Shown: in pieces, positions 12,127-22,935 of the stretch
Numbering within the stretch: the first letter of the stretch is position 1
How the letters are laid out: each line of letters opens with the position of its first letter
Program-made: the position numbers and the translations under genes
Notes under the pieces: generated by a model
The model's input: only the letters and a program-made list of their open reading frames with translations
Told to the model about the DNA's origin: nothing
Databases searched by the model: none
Assembly: GCF_009914755.1 (NCBI RefSeq)
Contig: NC_060927.1
Origin: the human T2T-CHM13v2.0 reference genome, Homo sapiens
Strand: one strand, 5' to 3'
DNA length: 64,000 nt

Positions 12127-12335
12127 CTATGACACCAGGAAAACTTAGAACTTTGTGTGAAATAGACTGGCCAGCATTAGAGGTGGATTGGCCATCAGAA
12201 AGAAGGCTGGACAGGTCCCTTGTTTCAAAGGCGTGGCACAAGGTAACCTGTAAGCCAGGGCACCCAGACCAGTTCCCATACATAGACGCTTGGTTACAGC
12301 TGGTTTTAGACCAACCCCCCGCCACAGTGGTCTAA
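12127..12335 (+). pseudogene. gag: Outer gag matrix, C-terminal part
   Basis: MTPGKLRTLCEIDWPALEVDWPSERRLDRSLVSKAWHKVTCKPGHPDQFPYIDAW, in frame with 4432-4520 once the insert and one TSD copy are removed. Confidence 0.85.
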
Positions 12336-12361
12336 CAGCAGCATAAGTGGCTGGCAGAGGC

Positions 12362-12585
12362 AAGGAAAGACCAGCAGAGAGAGAAAGAGGAAGAGACAGA
12401 GAGACAAAGAGGGAATCAAGGAAAGAGAGAAAGAGAGAGAGAAAGAGAGAGGCAGAGAGAGAGAGAAAGAGAGAGGCAGAGAGAGACAGAGAAAGAGAGA
12501 GGCAGAGAGAGAGAAAGAGACAGAGGCAAAAGGAAAGTCAAAGAGAAAGAGATAGAAAATCAAAGAAAGAAAGAAAGAGAGAGAT
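12362..12585 (+). repeat. GA-rich polypurine low-complexity tract
   Basis: GAGAGAAAGAGAGAGGCA-like units; a shorter CT-rich counterpart lies at ~10470-10570. Confidence 0.9.
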
Positions 12586-14279
12586 ATACAAGTAGTTAAG
12601 AAAAAAAAACAGTGTACCCTATTCCTTTAAAAGCCAAGGTAAATTTAAAACCTATAATTGATAATTAAAGGAATTCTCTGTAACCCTGTAACACTCCAAT
12701 ACCACTTTGTTGTCAGTGTAAACAAGGGTGTATCCCGAAAGCGCTGAGGCCTTCCTATCAAAAATCCTTAACCCAGTAACCCTTGGATGGCCCAAATGCA
12801 TTCAATCTGTAGCAGCAACTGCTTTGCTAACAGAAAAAAGTAAAAAAAATAACTTTTAGAGGAAACCTCATTGTTAGCACACCTCACCAACTCAGAAGTA
12901 TCCTAAGAAAAAAAAAAAAACGAGGATGACTTAACATTAACCACTGAAAATTCCCTTAACCCAGCAGGTTTCCTAACAGGGGATCTAAATCTTAATTACA
13001 ACACAAAGGTCGGACCAGACCTAGGAGGAACTCCCTTCAGGACAGGATGATTGATGGTTCCTCCCAGGTAATTGAAGATTAAAAAAAAAAAGCCACCTAT
13101 ATAAATTCTAAGTTAATTTGGACAAAACAAGGTCTTATTAATAGCAAAGGATAATTAAAACCCAAACTTACAAGGTTTTCAACAAAGGTAAAGTTTGCTA
13201 AAAGTTAACAGTGTACCATGTATTATAGTAACTTCTAATCTTGTGGCCTTAGACAATCTAGTCCACAGACATAAAAGAAATTTACTTTGGAAAACAATGG
13301 TTATCATCTTCAAAAAAAAAATGGGAAAAAAAAGTAGGGGGGCAGAACTTATGTAAAAAGGATGTTATATGGTAAATTCTTGTCCTGAAATAAATTAATT
13401 GGTTGTTTAAAGAAAGAAATGTTTGTAATAAGTCAGAAAATTGAGGCATGTCAAAGAATTGTCTGTGAAAGTCATGAAAGAGAAAAAAACTTATAAAAAA
13501 AGAATTTATGCAAGAAATGTTGTATAATTTAAAAGTAACTAGGCCTCCTGAATGTAAAACTGTTGAAAAAACAGTTTATGTGCAAGGTGTATAAGGAAAG
13601 CAAAATATACCTTTGGTAAAAGGATTATAAGGAAGCATAAGAATATAAATTTTTACCTACATTAAAAGGGTAAAAAAAATTTTGTTTTGAAGATTTAAGC
13701 AAGTTTTAAAACTTTAATTTTATATATATAAAAAAATTCTGTATGTAAACATATTAGCTAAAGTTAAAGGGGTATCATCCAGTTTTTCTGTGAACTGGAC
13801 ATTAAAGTAAAAACACAACAGGTTTTTCTTAAAGCACTAACCTGCTCTTTAACAAAGATTATAAAAGGTTAAAAAGAGTCTATAAAAATCTTACCTCATG
13901 GTCCAACATTAAAAATTGAATAAATATGTACACAAAGTTTTATTAAAACTAAGTTTAACATTAATAGCACACCAATATAAAGGTGAAATTTAGCTTATCT
14001 GGTATAAAAATCATACAAGAAGCACTATTAAATATAAAATGGTGTTTGGCTTTCCTTGGTCTAAAAACTAATAAAAAATAGATGCTAAAGGAAATTTCTC
14101 AGCAGAAAGGCACCAAGGACTATCAAATCCATTGCTAATGTCCCCACATTTAAAACAAAAGGTCAGTTTCTTAGAAATTATATACTTGGTTTATCTTCCA
14201 CTTTCCTTTCCCTCAAAACTAAAAGTCTTTTAGCACAGGTACCACCCCTAGAATTTCCAGTAAACCAGCACCAGCCTGA

Positions 14280-15665
14280 AGATCACGTTCTCATCAAAGG
14301 GAGGAAAGAAGAAAAACTCGAGCCAGCCTAGGAAGGAACCTACTTTGTGCTGCTAACTACCGAGACTGCTGTTCGTACAGCGGAAAAGGGATGAACTCAT
14401 CACACCCGAGTCAAAGTGCCACCCCCTCCAGAGTCGTGGGCCATAGTCCCAGGGGAAAACCCTACCAAACTAAAGCTAAGAAAAATTTAACTCTTTCATC
14501 TCTTCTATTACTCTTCTTTCCTTGCTCTATTGTTGACCATCTGGTTATTAACATAACCAAGTCAATTTTGCCTCCAACTATTGCATTTAATGCTTGCCTT
14601 GTTATATCCTGTGGGGACTTGCCAAGTCAAAGACAGAGCTCTACTTCAGAAAAGTACCTCTGTCCCTCCTGACTCTCCTCAGACTGGGCATTAGTAAATT
14701 AGGACGTTTTAATCTAGGGAAATTTTGATAAAGACTCCAATGTCAACCAGGAGTTTGCTCCTCAACATAGAGCTTTTATGCCATAGTTGGTCCAACATTC
14801 TGTGGACCACTAAAGAGCAAGGATGGACTGCCCAAACCGGCTTTTGTAATTTCCCAAAATACATTCATTTTACTAGAGGATCATAGAAGTTAAAGACTTA
14901 AAACAAACTTTGGCAATTAAAACAGGATACCAAGATGCAAATGCCTGGTTGGAATGGATCAAATATTTCATCTGCACGTTAAACAAAAGCAATTGTTATG
15001 CTTGTGCGCATGGCAGGCCAGAGGCCCAGATTGTCCCCTTTCCACTAAGGTGGTCCTCCAGTCAACCAGGCATGGGCTGCATAGTAGCTCTTTTCCAGGA
15101 TTCTACAGCCTGGAGTAATAAGTCGTGCCAAGCTCTCTCTGCTATGTCCCAAAATCTGGCACCCTGTGGGTCAGCCGCTGAGGGCCATCCAGCCTCCGTC
15201 TCCCAACACTACGTTCATTTCGTGTCTCTCATGACAGGGAGGAAACTTAGCATTCCTTGGAGACCTGAAGGGATGCAGTGAGCTTAAAAAGTTTCAAGAG
15301 CTTATCAGTCAGTCAGCCCTTGTTCATCCCCGAGCGGATGTGTGGTGGTATTGTGGTGGACCTTTCCTGGGCACACTCTGCTGAATAACTGGAGTGGCAC
15401 TTATACTTTAGTCCAATTGGCTATCCCTTTCACCCTGGCATTTCAAAAACCAGAGGGAGGAAAAATAAGACATCGTAAAGCGAGAGAGAAGCCCTTTATG
15501 GATCTTTTGACTCTCACGTCTATTTAGATGCAACTAGAGTCCCTCAGGGAATACCATATCAATTTAAAGCTTGAAATCAAATAGCTGCAGGATTTGAGTC
15601 AATATTTTGGTAGGTGACAGTTAATAAAAATGTAGATTGAATAAACTACATCTATTACAACCAAC
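14280..15665 (+). pseudogene. Outer second retroviral segment: integrase C-terminus (GPY-type) plus partial env with CYAC
   Basis: KLEPA*EGTYFVLLTTETAVRTAEKG*THHTRVK; NKSNCYACAHGRPEAQIVPFPL; NNWSGTYTLVQLAIPF. Confidence 0.72.
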
Positions 15666-16300
15666 AGCAACAAGCTTTTCACAAGTTAAAAGAAAACCTC
15701 ATGTCAGCCCCAGCCCTGGGGCTACCTTACCTGACAAAACACTTTACACTCTATGTGTCAAAAAGAGAAAAAAAATGGCAGTTAGAGTTTTAACCCAGAC
15801 TATGGGGCCCTGGCCAAGGCCAGCGGCCTATCTCTCAAAACAACTAGACGGGGTTTCCAAAGGCTAGCCCCCATGTCTAAGGGCCCTGGCAGCAACGGCC
15901 TGTTAGCACAAGAAGCAAATAAACTAACCCTTAGGAAAACCTGAATATAAAGGCCCCCCATGCTGTAGTAACTTTAATGACTACCAAAGGACACCATTGG
16001 TTAACAAATGCTAGATTAACCAACTACCAAAGCTTGCTATGTGAAAATCCCCGCATAACCATTGAAGTTTGCAACACCCTAAACCTCGCCACCTTGCTCC
16101 TGGTATCAGAGAGCCCAGTTGAACATAACTGTCTAGAGGTGTTGGACTCAGTTTATTCTAGCAGGCCTAACCTCCGACACCATTCTTAAACATCAGTAGA
16201 CTGTGAGCAGTACGTGGACGGGAGCAGCTTTGCCAACCCCTGCAAAGTGACTCTGAAGAAGATGACAAGCCCTGCTCCAGTCACACCCGGAAGCTGACTG
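15665..16300 (+). pseudogene. pol: Outer pol fragment (RT connection to RNase H start)
   Basis: VLTQTMGPWPRPAAYLSKQLDGVSKG; KGHHWLTNARLTNYQSLLCENP; YVDGSSFAN. Confidence 0.8.
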
Positions 16301-16319
16301 GTCCACACATGGCCGAAGC

Positions 16320-18370
16320 ATGAAAAAACTCATCGCGGGACTCATTTTCCTTAAAATTTGGACTTTTACAATAAGGACTTCAACTGACCTTCCTCAGACT
16401 GAGGACTGTTCCCAGTGTATACATCAAGTCACTGAGGTCGGACAAAAAAATTGCTACAGTCCTATTATTTTATGATTATTATAAGTGTACCAGGACTCTA
16501 AAAAAAAAAAGAAACTTGTTTGTATAATGCTATTCTATGCAAGGTATGTAGCCCAGGAAATGACCAACCTGATGTGTGTTATGACCCATCTGAGCCTCCC
16601 ATGACCACAGTTTTTGAAACAAGATTAAGGACTAAGAACTGGTGGGGGCTCATAAACGATACGAGTAAAGAGTTAGCCAAAACAAAAGAAAAAGGGGTGC
16701 CCAAACAAGTCACCTTGAAGTTTGATGCCTGTGCTGTCATTAATAGTAATAAGTTAGGAATAGGATGTGGTTCTCTTAATTAGGAAAGAGGCTATATGGC
16801 AGAAAATAAGTACATATGTCATGAATTAGAACTGTGTGGAAATGAATGTGGATACTGGTCTTGTGTCATTTAGGCTACTTGGATAAAAAATAAAAAGGAT
16901 CCTGTCCACCTTCAGAAAGGGAAAAGTGGCCCTTCCTGTACCAGTGGTCAGTGTAACCCCTTAGAACTAGTAATAACCAACCCCCTTAATCCTCGCTGGA
17001 AAAAAGGGGAGCGTGTAACCCTAGGAATCAATGGGGCTGGACTGGATCCTCAAGCAAATATTGTGGTTTGAGGAGAAGTTTATAAACACTCTCCAGAGCC
17101 AGTATTTCAAACCTTCTATGATAAACTAAATGTGCCAGTACCAGAAATTCCAGGAAAAACAAGAAATTTGTTTTTGCAATTAGCTAAGCACATAGCCCAG
17201 TCTCTCAATGTCACTTCATGTTATGTATGTAGAGGAACTGTAATGGGAGATCAATGGCCATGGGAAGCCCGAGAATTAGTACCTACAGACCCAGTCCCTG
17301 ATGAATTCCCGGCCAAAAAGAATCACCCTGATAACTTCTAGGTCCTAAAAGCTTTAATCATTAGACAATACTGTATAGCAAGAGTAAGGAAGGACTTCAC
17401 AATTCCTGTGGGAAGACTCAGCTGCTTTGGACAAAAACTGTATTATAATAATACTACAAAAATAGCCACCTAGTGGAGCTCAAACCACACTAAGAAAAAT
17501 CCATTTAGTAAATTCCCAAAGTTGAAAACTGTGTGGACCCACCCGTTAGACAGCCCCCACTGGATTATACTGGATATGTGGGCATAGACCTTATGCCAAA
17601 TTGCCCAACCAGTGGGCAGGTAGTTGTGTTATTGGCACTATTAAGCCATTTTTCTTCCTACTACACATAAAGACAGATGAACTCCTGGGCTTCCCTGTCT
17701 GTGTTTCCCTCAAAAAAGAAGCATAGCTATAAAAAATTAAAAAGATGATGAATGGCCTCCTGAGAGAATCATACAATATTATTGGCCTGGTACTTGGGCA
17801 CAAGATGGCTCATGAACCCATATTTACATGCTCAACTGAATGATACGGTTACAAGCTGTCTTAGAAATAATCACTAATAAGACCGGCAGAGCCTTGACTA
17901 TTCTGGCCTGGCAAGAAACTCAGATGAGAAATGCTATCTATCAAAATAAATTGGCTCTCAACTACTTGCTAGCAGCTGAAGGAAGGGTCTGCAGAAAATT
18001 TAACCTTACTAATTCCTGTCTACACATAGATGATTAAGGGCAAGTAGTTGAAGACATAGTTAGAAATATGACAAAACTGACACATGTGCCCATGCAAGTG
18101 TGGCATAGATTTGATCCTAGGGCCATGTTTGGAAAATGATTCCCAGCGCTAAAGAGATTTAAAACTCTTATAATAGGAGTTATAATAGTAATAGAAACCT
18201 TCTTACTGCTCCCTTGTTTGCTACATGCATTTCTTCAAATGAAAAAAAGCTTCATCACTACCTTAGTTCACCAAAGTGCTTCAGCACAAGTGTACTATAT
18301 GAATCACTGTCATTCTGTCTTGCAAGAAGACACAGGTAGCAAAAATGAAAGTGAGAACTCCCACTATTGA
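16320..18370 (+). pseudogene. env: Outer HERV-E-type env, disrupted
   Basis: MKKLIAGLIFLKIW...; LNVTSCYVC; immunosuppressive-domain-like [18 protein letters not shown]; many stops. Confidence 0.88.
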
Positions 18371-18394
18371 GTGAGAGTCTCAAAGTCGGGGGAG

Positions 18395-18857
18395 TAAGGG
18401 AGGAGACCACCCCTCACATTGTCTTATACCCAATTTCTGCCTCCAAAGAAAGAAGAAGTAAAAACTAAAAGGCAGAAATGAAATCCACAGGCAGACATCC
18501 CGGCGCCAGGCCCTGGGCCTGGTAATTAAAGATTGACCCCTGACCTAACCGGTTATCTTATCTATAGATTATAGACATTGTATAGAAAAGCACTGTGAAA
18601 ATCCCTGTCCTGTTCTGTTCCATTGTAATTACCAGTGCATGCAGCCCCCAGCCACATACCCCCTGCTTGCTCAATCGATCATGACCCTCTCACGCGGACC
18701 TTCTTAGAGTTGTGAGCCCTTAAAAGGGACAGGAATTGCTCACTCGGGGATCTCGGTTGTTGGAGACGTGAGTCTTGCCGAAGCTCCCAGCTGAATAAAG
18801 CCCTTTCTTCTTTAACTCGTTGTCTGAGGGGTTTTGTGTGCAGCTTGTCCTGCTGCA
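18395..18857 (+). repeat. Outer 3' LTR (LTR2)
   Basis: Homologous to 3423-3884; AATAAA at 18794-18799. Confidence 0.95.
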
Positions 18858-18861
18858 GTAT

Positions 18862-19170
18862 GATAGAGATTGCTGGGGAAGCTGCTCTTTTAACTGGGGT
18901 GCTCAAGGAAAGCCATCCAAAGAGGTGAAGTGAGAGAATCAGCCCATCTGAGGGAAGAGTGTTCCCTCAGAGGGAACAGTCAATGCAAAGTGCATCAAGT
19001 GGAAGCACATGTGGCTCGTTTGAGACATAAGGGATCAGTGTGGCTAGAATGGAGTAAGCAAAAGAAGCCTGATGGGAGGTGAGTTGAAGAGGTCATAGGA
19101 GCCAAATATAAGCAGAGCTTATATACCATGGAGGGCTTTGGATTTTATTCTAAGTGTGGTGGAATATGTT
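18862..19170 (-). mobile_element. L2 LINE, right part (continuation of 3213-3422)
   Basis: GATAGAG...GGGAAGAGTGTTCC...AGAGGGAACAG...GGATTTTATTCTAAGTG is L2-like and colinear with the left part. Confidence 0.75.
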
Positions 19171-20034
19171 TAATAGGCCATTGACCTGGTTTGATTTAAG
19201 AAGTTCTTAAGGACAAACAGGACTTTCTAAATAGTTATTGTGTTTTCTTGTACTTTCATGCTACTACAAGAAGTTATCTGTTTAATATAAGACATATCAA
19301 ACAAAAGCGGAGAGGGACAGGGTCAGAAACTGGAGCAGAAGATAGAAAAAGTTCTCTCTTCAATGGCTTAGAAGTTGGCCCATGTGAAGACAGGTGAACA
19401 GTGTTATGAAGCGAATTGCTTTCTAGGCCTACCTTCTATAACTCTGATACTCACTCAAATGAGAATTATCATGAAGTTAATGCTAGATATTTTACAATTT
19501 GTTTTCTGATTTTAATTAAAATATCTATTCATTATAAGACATTTGGAAAGTAGAGAAAAGTAGAAGAAAGAAAATGAAAACACATATAATCCCATCAACC
19601 CCCCAAAAAAATCACCATTAAAAATATTGGCCCATCTCTATTCTGTCTTTTCTTTGATACACATTTATACAAAATGAGATTACATCATATTTTTGTAAGT
19701 TCATTCTGCAAGCCTGTATTAAAGGTGAAATAGTAATAGGCCAATGTTTGCCTCCTGACTGTGAGAAAAGCAGCTTTGTTACACACATGAAGCATGAGGG
19801 GGCTAGCTCTATGCAAGTAATGACAGTCCGAGGAGTAGCTAGAGGTCAGCTCTGTTCAGTCTAAAAGACAAAAAGTCCTGAGTCCCATTCAGTCCTGAGT
19901 GCCTCAGTACAGTCAGCCAAAGCTGGATTCACCTCACCCAAGCCTGCATTTCCTCGTAGAGAGAATCAGAGAAAGTTAGATCATTTCATCTCAAAAGGAA
20001 AAAGTATGTTATCTCCAGCTTCCAATTCTTAGAG

Positions 20035-20255
20035 TCACGGCTGGGAATTAGTGTGAGGTGAGTGAGGCATTCTCCTTGGGCTCAACACTTAAGGTGTACC
20101 AAAAACCTATAATCAAAAGAAGGAATATTTTAATGCAAAATTTTGAAAAATAAAAATTAATGTTAAACAATCCATAATAAACAACATATCAAAATTTTAT
20201 GTAATGACAGGATTGGTTTAATGATTTTTGCCTTTTGCCTTAGGCACCATTAAGT
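20035..20255. mobile_element. Old DNA-transposon remnant (MER91-like)
   Basis: GTGAGGTGAGTGAGGCA...AATATTTTAATGCAA...TTTTGCCTTAGGC. Confidence 0.45.
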
Positions 20256-20429
20256 ATTAGTGGGACATCATTCCTCATCTTACCTGAACCCACTGAATCA
20301 GAATTTCCAGGAGTGAGGCCCAGGAGAAGTCTGTTTTTTATTAAACTCTTTGGGTAATCCTTACACATGATAAATTTTATGAAGTCCTGGAAAGATGATC
20401 TCTGAAGTTTCTCTGTTGCCTTAGTTTGC

Positions 20430-20750
20430 ATGTTCTGATGACTCAAACAGCCCTCTTGGAGGGGCCCAAGTAGCAAGGAATTGAAGGCAGCTTCTACGCA
20501 GCAGCCAGCAATTTAGGAACTGGGGCCCCCAAACAGCTTGCAAGGAACTGATTCCTGCCAACAACCACAGGAGCTGGGACAGGATCCCAGGCCTGGCTAA
20601 CACCTTGATTGGAGCCTTGTGAAAAATCCTGAGCAAAAAGGCCTTTTACGTTATACCTAGACTCCTGATTCAGGAAAAAGGTAAGATAAGAAATGTGTGT
20701 TGTTTTAAGCCACTAAGTTTGTGTTCATTTGTTTCACAGCAATAGATAAT
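20430..20750 (+). mobile_element. MLT1 MaLR LTR fragment
   Basis: AAGGAACTGATTCCTGCCAACAACCAC...TGTTGTTTTAAGCCACTAAGTTTGTG...CAGCAATAGATAA. Confidence 0.75.
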
Positions 20751-20944
20751 TTTAATACTCTAAGTTTATATATATATATAAATTATATTTTATAATTAAT
20801 ATTAATTTTATTTAGTAATGTTTAAACTGGTTCAACCATGGACTCCATCAGTATTACAAGTAATAGATATGTGTTCATTTATTAAGGATATACTTCTATT
20901 GCCATGCTTATATTAAATATTGGAATATTTATTTTGTGGTAAAT

Positions 20945-21370
20945 TATTTAGATAACAGCTTTATTGAAATATAATTCAGATGTCATAAAATTCATTCATT
21001 TAAAGTGTACAATTCAATAGTTTTTAGTATATTCAGAGTTGTGCAAGTATCATTACAATCAATTTTAGACTATTTTTAGCAGCCCAAAAAGAGACCACAT
21101 ACCCCTCAGCCATCATCACCCTCCGCCTCCTTTCTCCGTGTCCTAAGCAATCTTTAAAAAATCTTAGGCTGTTTCCTAAGATCTTTCTATTCTGAACATT
21201 TAATATAAGTGGAATCATACAAATATGTGTTCTATTTTAGAAGGAATATCAGCCTAATATTTTAAAGGTTCATCCATGTTGTAGCAGGTATCAGTACTTG
21301 GATCTTTTTTTAATGGCCAAATAATAGCCCATTTTAAAACAGTCCATTGTGAATAAATTTCCATTGTAAA
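20945..21370 (-). mobile_element. L1M (L1MB-like) 3' end
   Basis: AACAGCTTTATTGAAATATAATTCA...TTAAAGTGTACAATTCAAT...AAGGTTCATCCATGTTGTAGCA. Confidence 0.8.
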
Positions 21371-21965
21371 TCTTTTTTTTCTTTCTTAGGTAAAAAAATA
21401 AACAGAAATAAAAGTTTTAACACTTTCTTTACTTTTTAAAGTGTTAGACCATTGCATGAATCCCCTAGGTACACACACCTTAGTTGATGACATTCTTATG
21501 ATACAGTCTTTGGTTTTATGGGGGATGTTTGACTAAATACTAAACAATAAAATAGTTATTTTATGCCGAGGGCAAAAAGGCCCTCCACAAAATGATGGTT
21601 TGAGAGGAGGAGAACATTTATTCTAAAGCCATCTTATTAAATTTTGCCTCAAAGCAATTCACATTGTAACAGGGCTCTGATGCAGTCATTTGCATTTATA
21701 TTGACAGTTGGTCAATCAGTATTATTGAGTACCCAATAGTTCATAAGGCCCTGAGAGTCAAATAATACAATTATGAAGGCCATAAGAAGCCAGACAGGTT
21801 AAACACAGTCTTCCTTGTGATGCTGGTGAACAGCCATATACTTACTGATGGATCTCACCTCCCAACTCAGACTCTTATGGTCAGAGGCATATTTAGTGCT
21901 TTCATAGGCTGTGATCTACTAAGGATCACAATTTTTTTCCTATAAGTGTTCATCATCATAGATTC

Positions 21966-22378
21966 TGTGTTACACTGCCCAAGGATTCATTGCTCCTAGC
22001 TCTTGGAAATTTGTTTGACATCACTCAGCTAGCAACCCCTTTGGGAATTATTTTGGCAGAAGAGAGTCACCTTTGCCTTATCCATGGTCATACTCCCTAC
22101 CAGGGGCAGACTACGTCCAATGACTGGCTAATAAAAAAGGCCTGGCTCCTCACCTCAATTCAAGACAACCCTGAAAGGCCCTCCTATCTTCAGAACTTGT
22201 AACAGGGTCAGCTGACATCTTCAACAATATTGCATTACAAATCAACTTCTCCCTCTGCCCAACCTTGGTTATTTCTCTACCCCCCACTGGAGTTAATCCT
22301 GAGTGCACTCCTTAATAAACTTCCTACATGCAAATATCTATCTGGGAGTCTGATTTTCAAAAATCCTAACCTGCTCCA
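21966..22378 (+). mobile_element. ERVL LTR (LTR16-like)
   Basis: ...CACTCCTTAATAAACTTCCTACATGCAAATATCTATCTGGGAGTCTG...AATCCTAACCTG. Confidence 0.6.
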
Positions 22379-22571
22379 CTTATGGAACTTTCTAACTGTT
22401 CATTAGAACAGTTCATTTGAGGTTGAGCACTTGACATATAGAGAAAGAAGTACAAGAGAACACAAGTGATTCAGTCAGTAAGTCCTACTAATCATGGAAA
22501 ATTATTGACACCCTAAACTCTTACATAAAGACTTCCCAGTGTTTTTTCAAATCTCACTTTTGATGTTACTA

Positions 22572-22935
22572 TGATATGATTTGGCAGTGTCCCCACAAAA
22601 ATCTCATCTTGAATTGTAACTCCCATAATCCCCACATGTCATGAAAGGTACCTGGTGGGAAGTAATTGAATCGTGGAGGAGGGCTTTTCCCATGCTATTC
22701 TTGTGACAGTGATTAAGTCTCATGAAATCTGATGGTTTTATAAAGGGCAGTTTCCCTGCACACACTCTCTTGCCTGCTGCCATGTAAGATGTGCCTTTGC
22801 TTCTCCTTCACCTTCCATCATGATTGTGAGGCCTCCCCAGCCATGTGGAACTTTGAGTCCATTAAATTTATTTTTCTTTATAAATTACCCAGTCTTAGGT
22901 ATTTCTTCAAAGCAGTATGAACGTGGACTAATACA
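22572..22935 (+). mobile_element. THE1 MaLR solo LTR
   Basis: TGATATGATTTGGCAGTGTCCCCAC...GGACTAATACA; perfect 5-bp TSD TACTA. Confidence 0.92.

Larger units (their letters stand above)
3423..18857 (+). mobile_element. Outer endogenous retrovirus, LTR2/Harlequin (HERV-E-related mosaic), ~7.8 kb excluding the nested copy
   Basis: Two ~462-bp LTRs TAAGGGAGGAGACC...CCTGCT(A/G)CA; 4-bp TSD GTAT (3419-3422, 18858-18861); tRNA-Glu PBS; gag/pol/env remnants; purine tract before 3' LTR. Confidence 0.93.

Noticed and set aside
12306-12595. RE-rich and SL-rich ORFs
   Set aside because: Translation of the (GA)n low-complexity tract
5013-18370. Possible domesticated (syncytin-like) env gene
   Set aside because: Both env copies carry many stops and frameshifts; the longest piece is 132 aa
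4521-18857. Inverted homology as an assembly artefact or recent segmental duplication
   Set aside because: The arms differ by many substitutions and large indels, and each element has its own TSD and private LTR diagnostics
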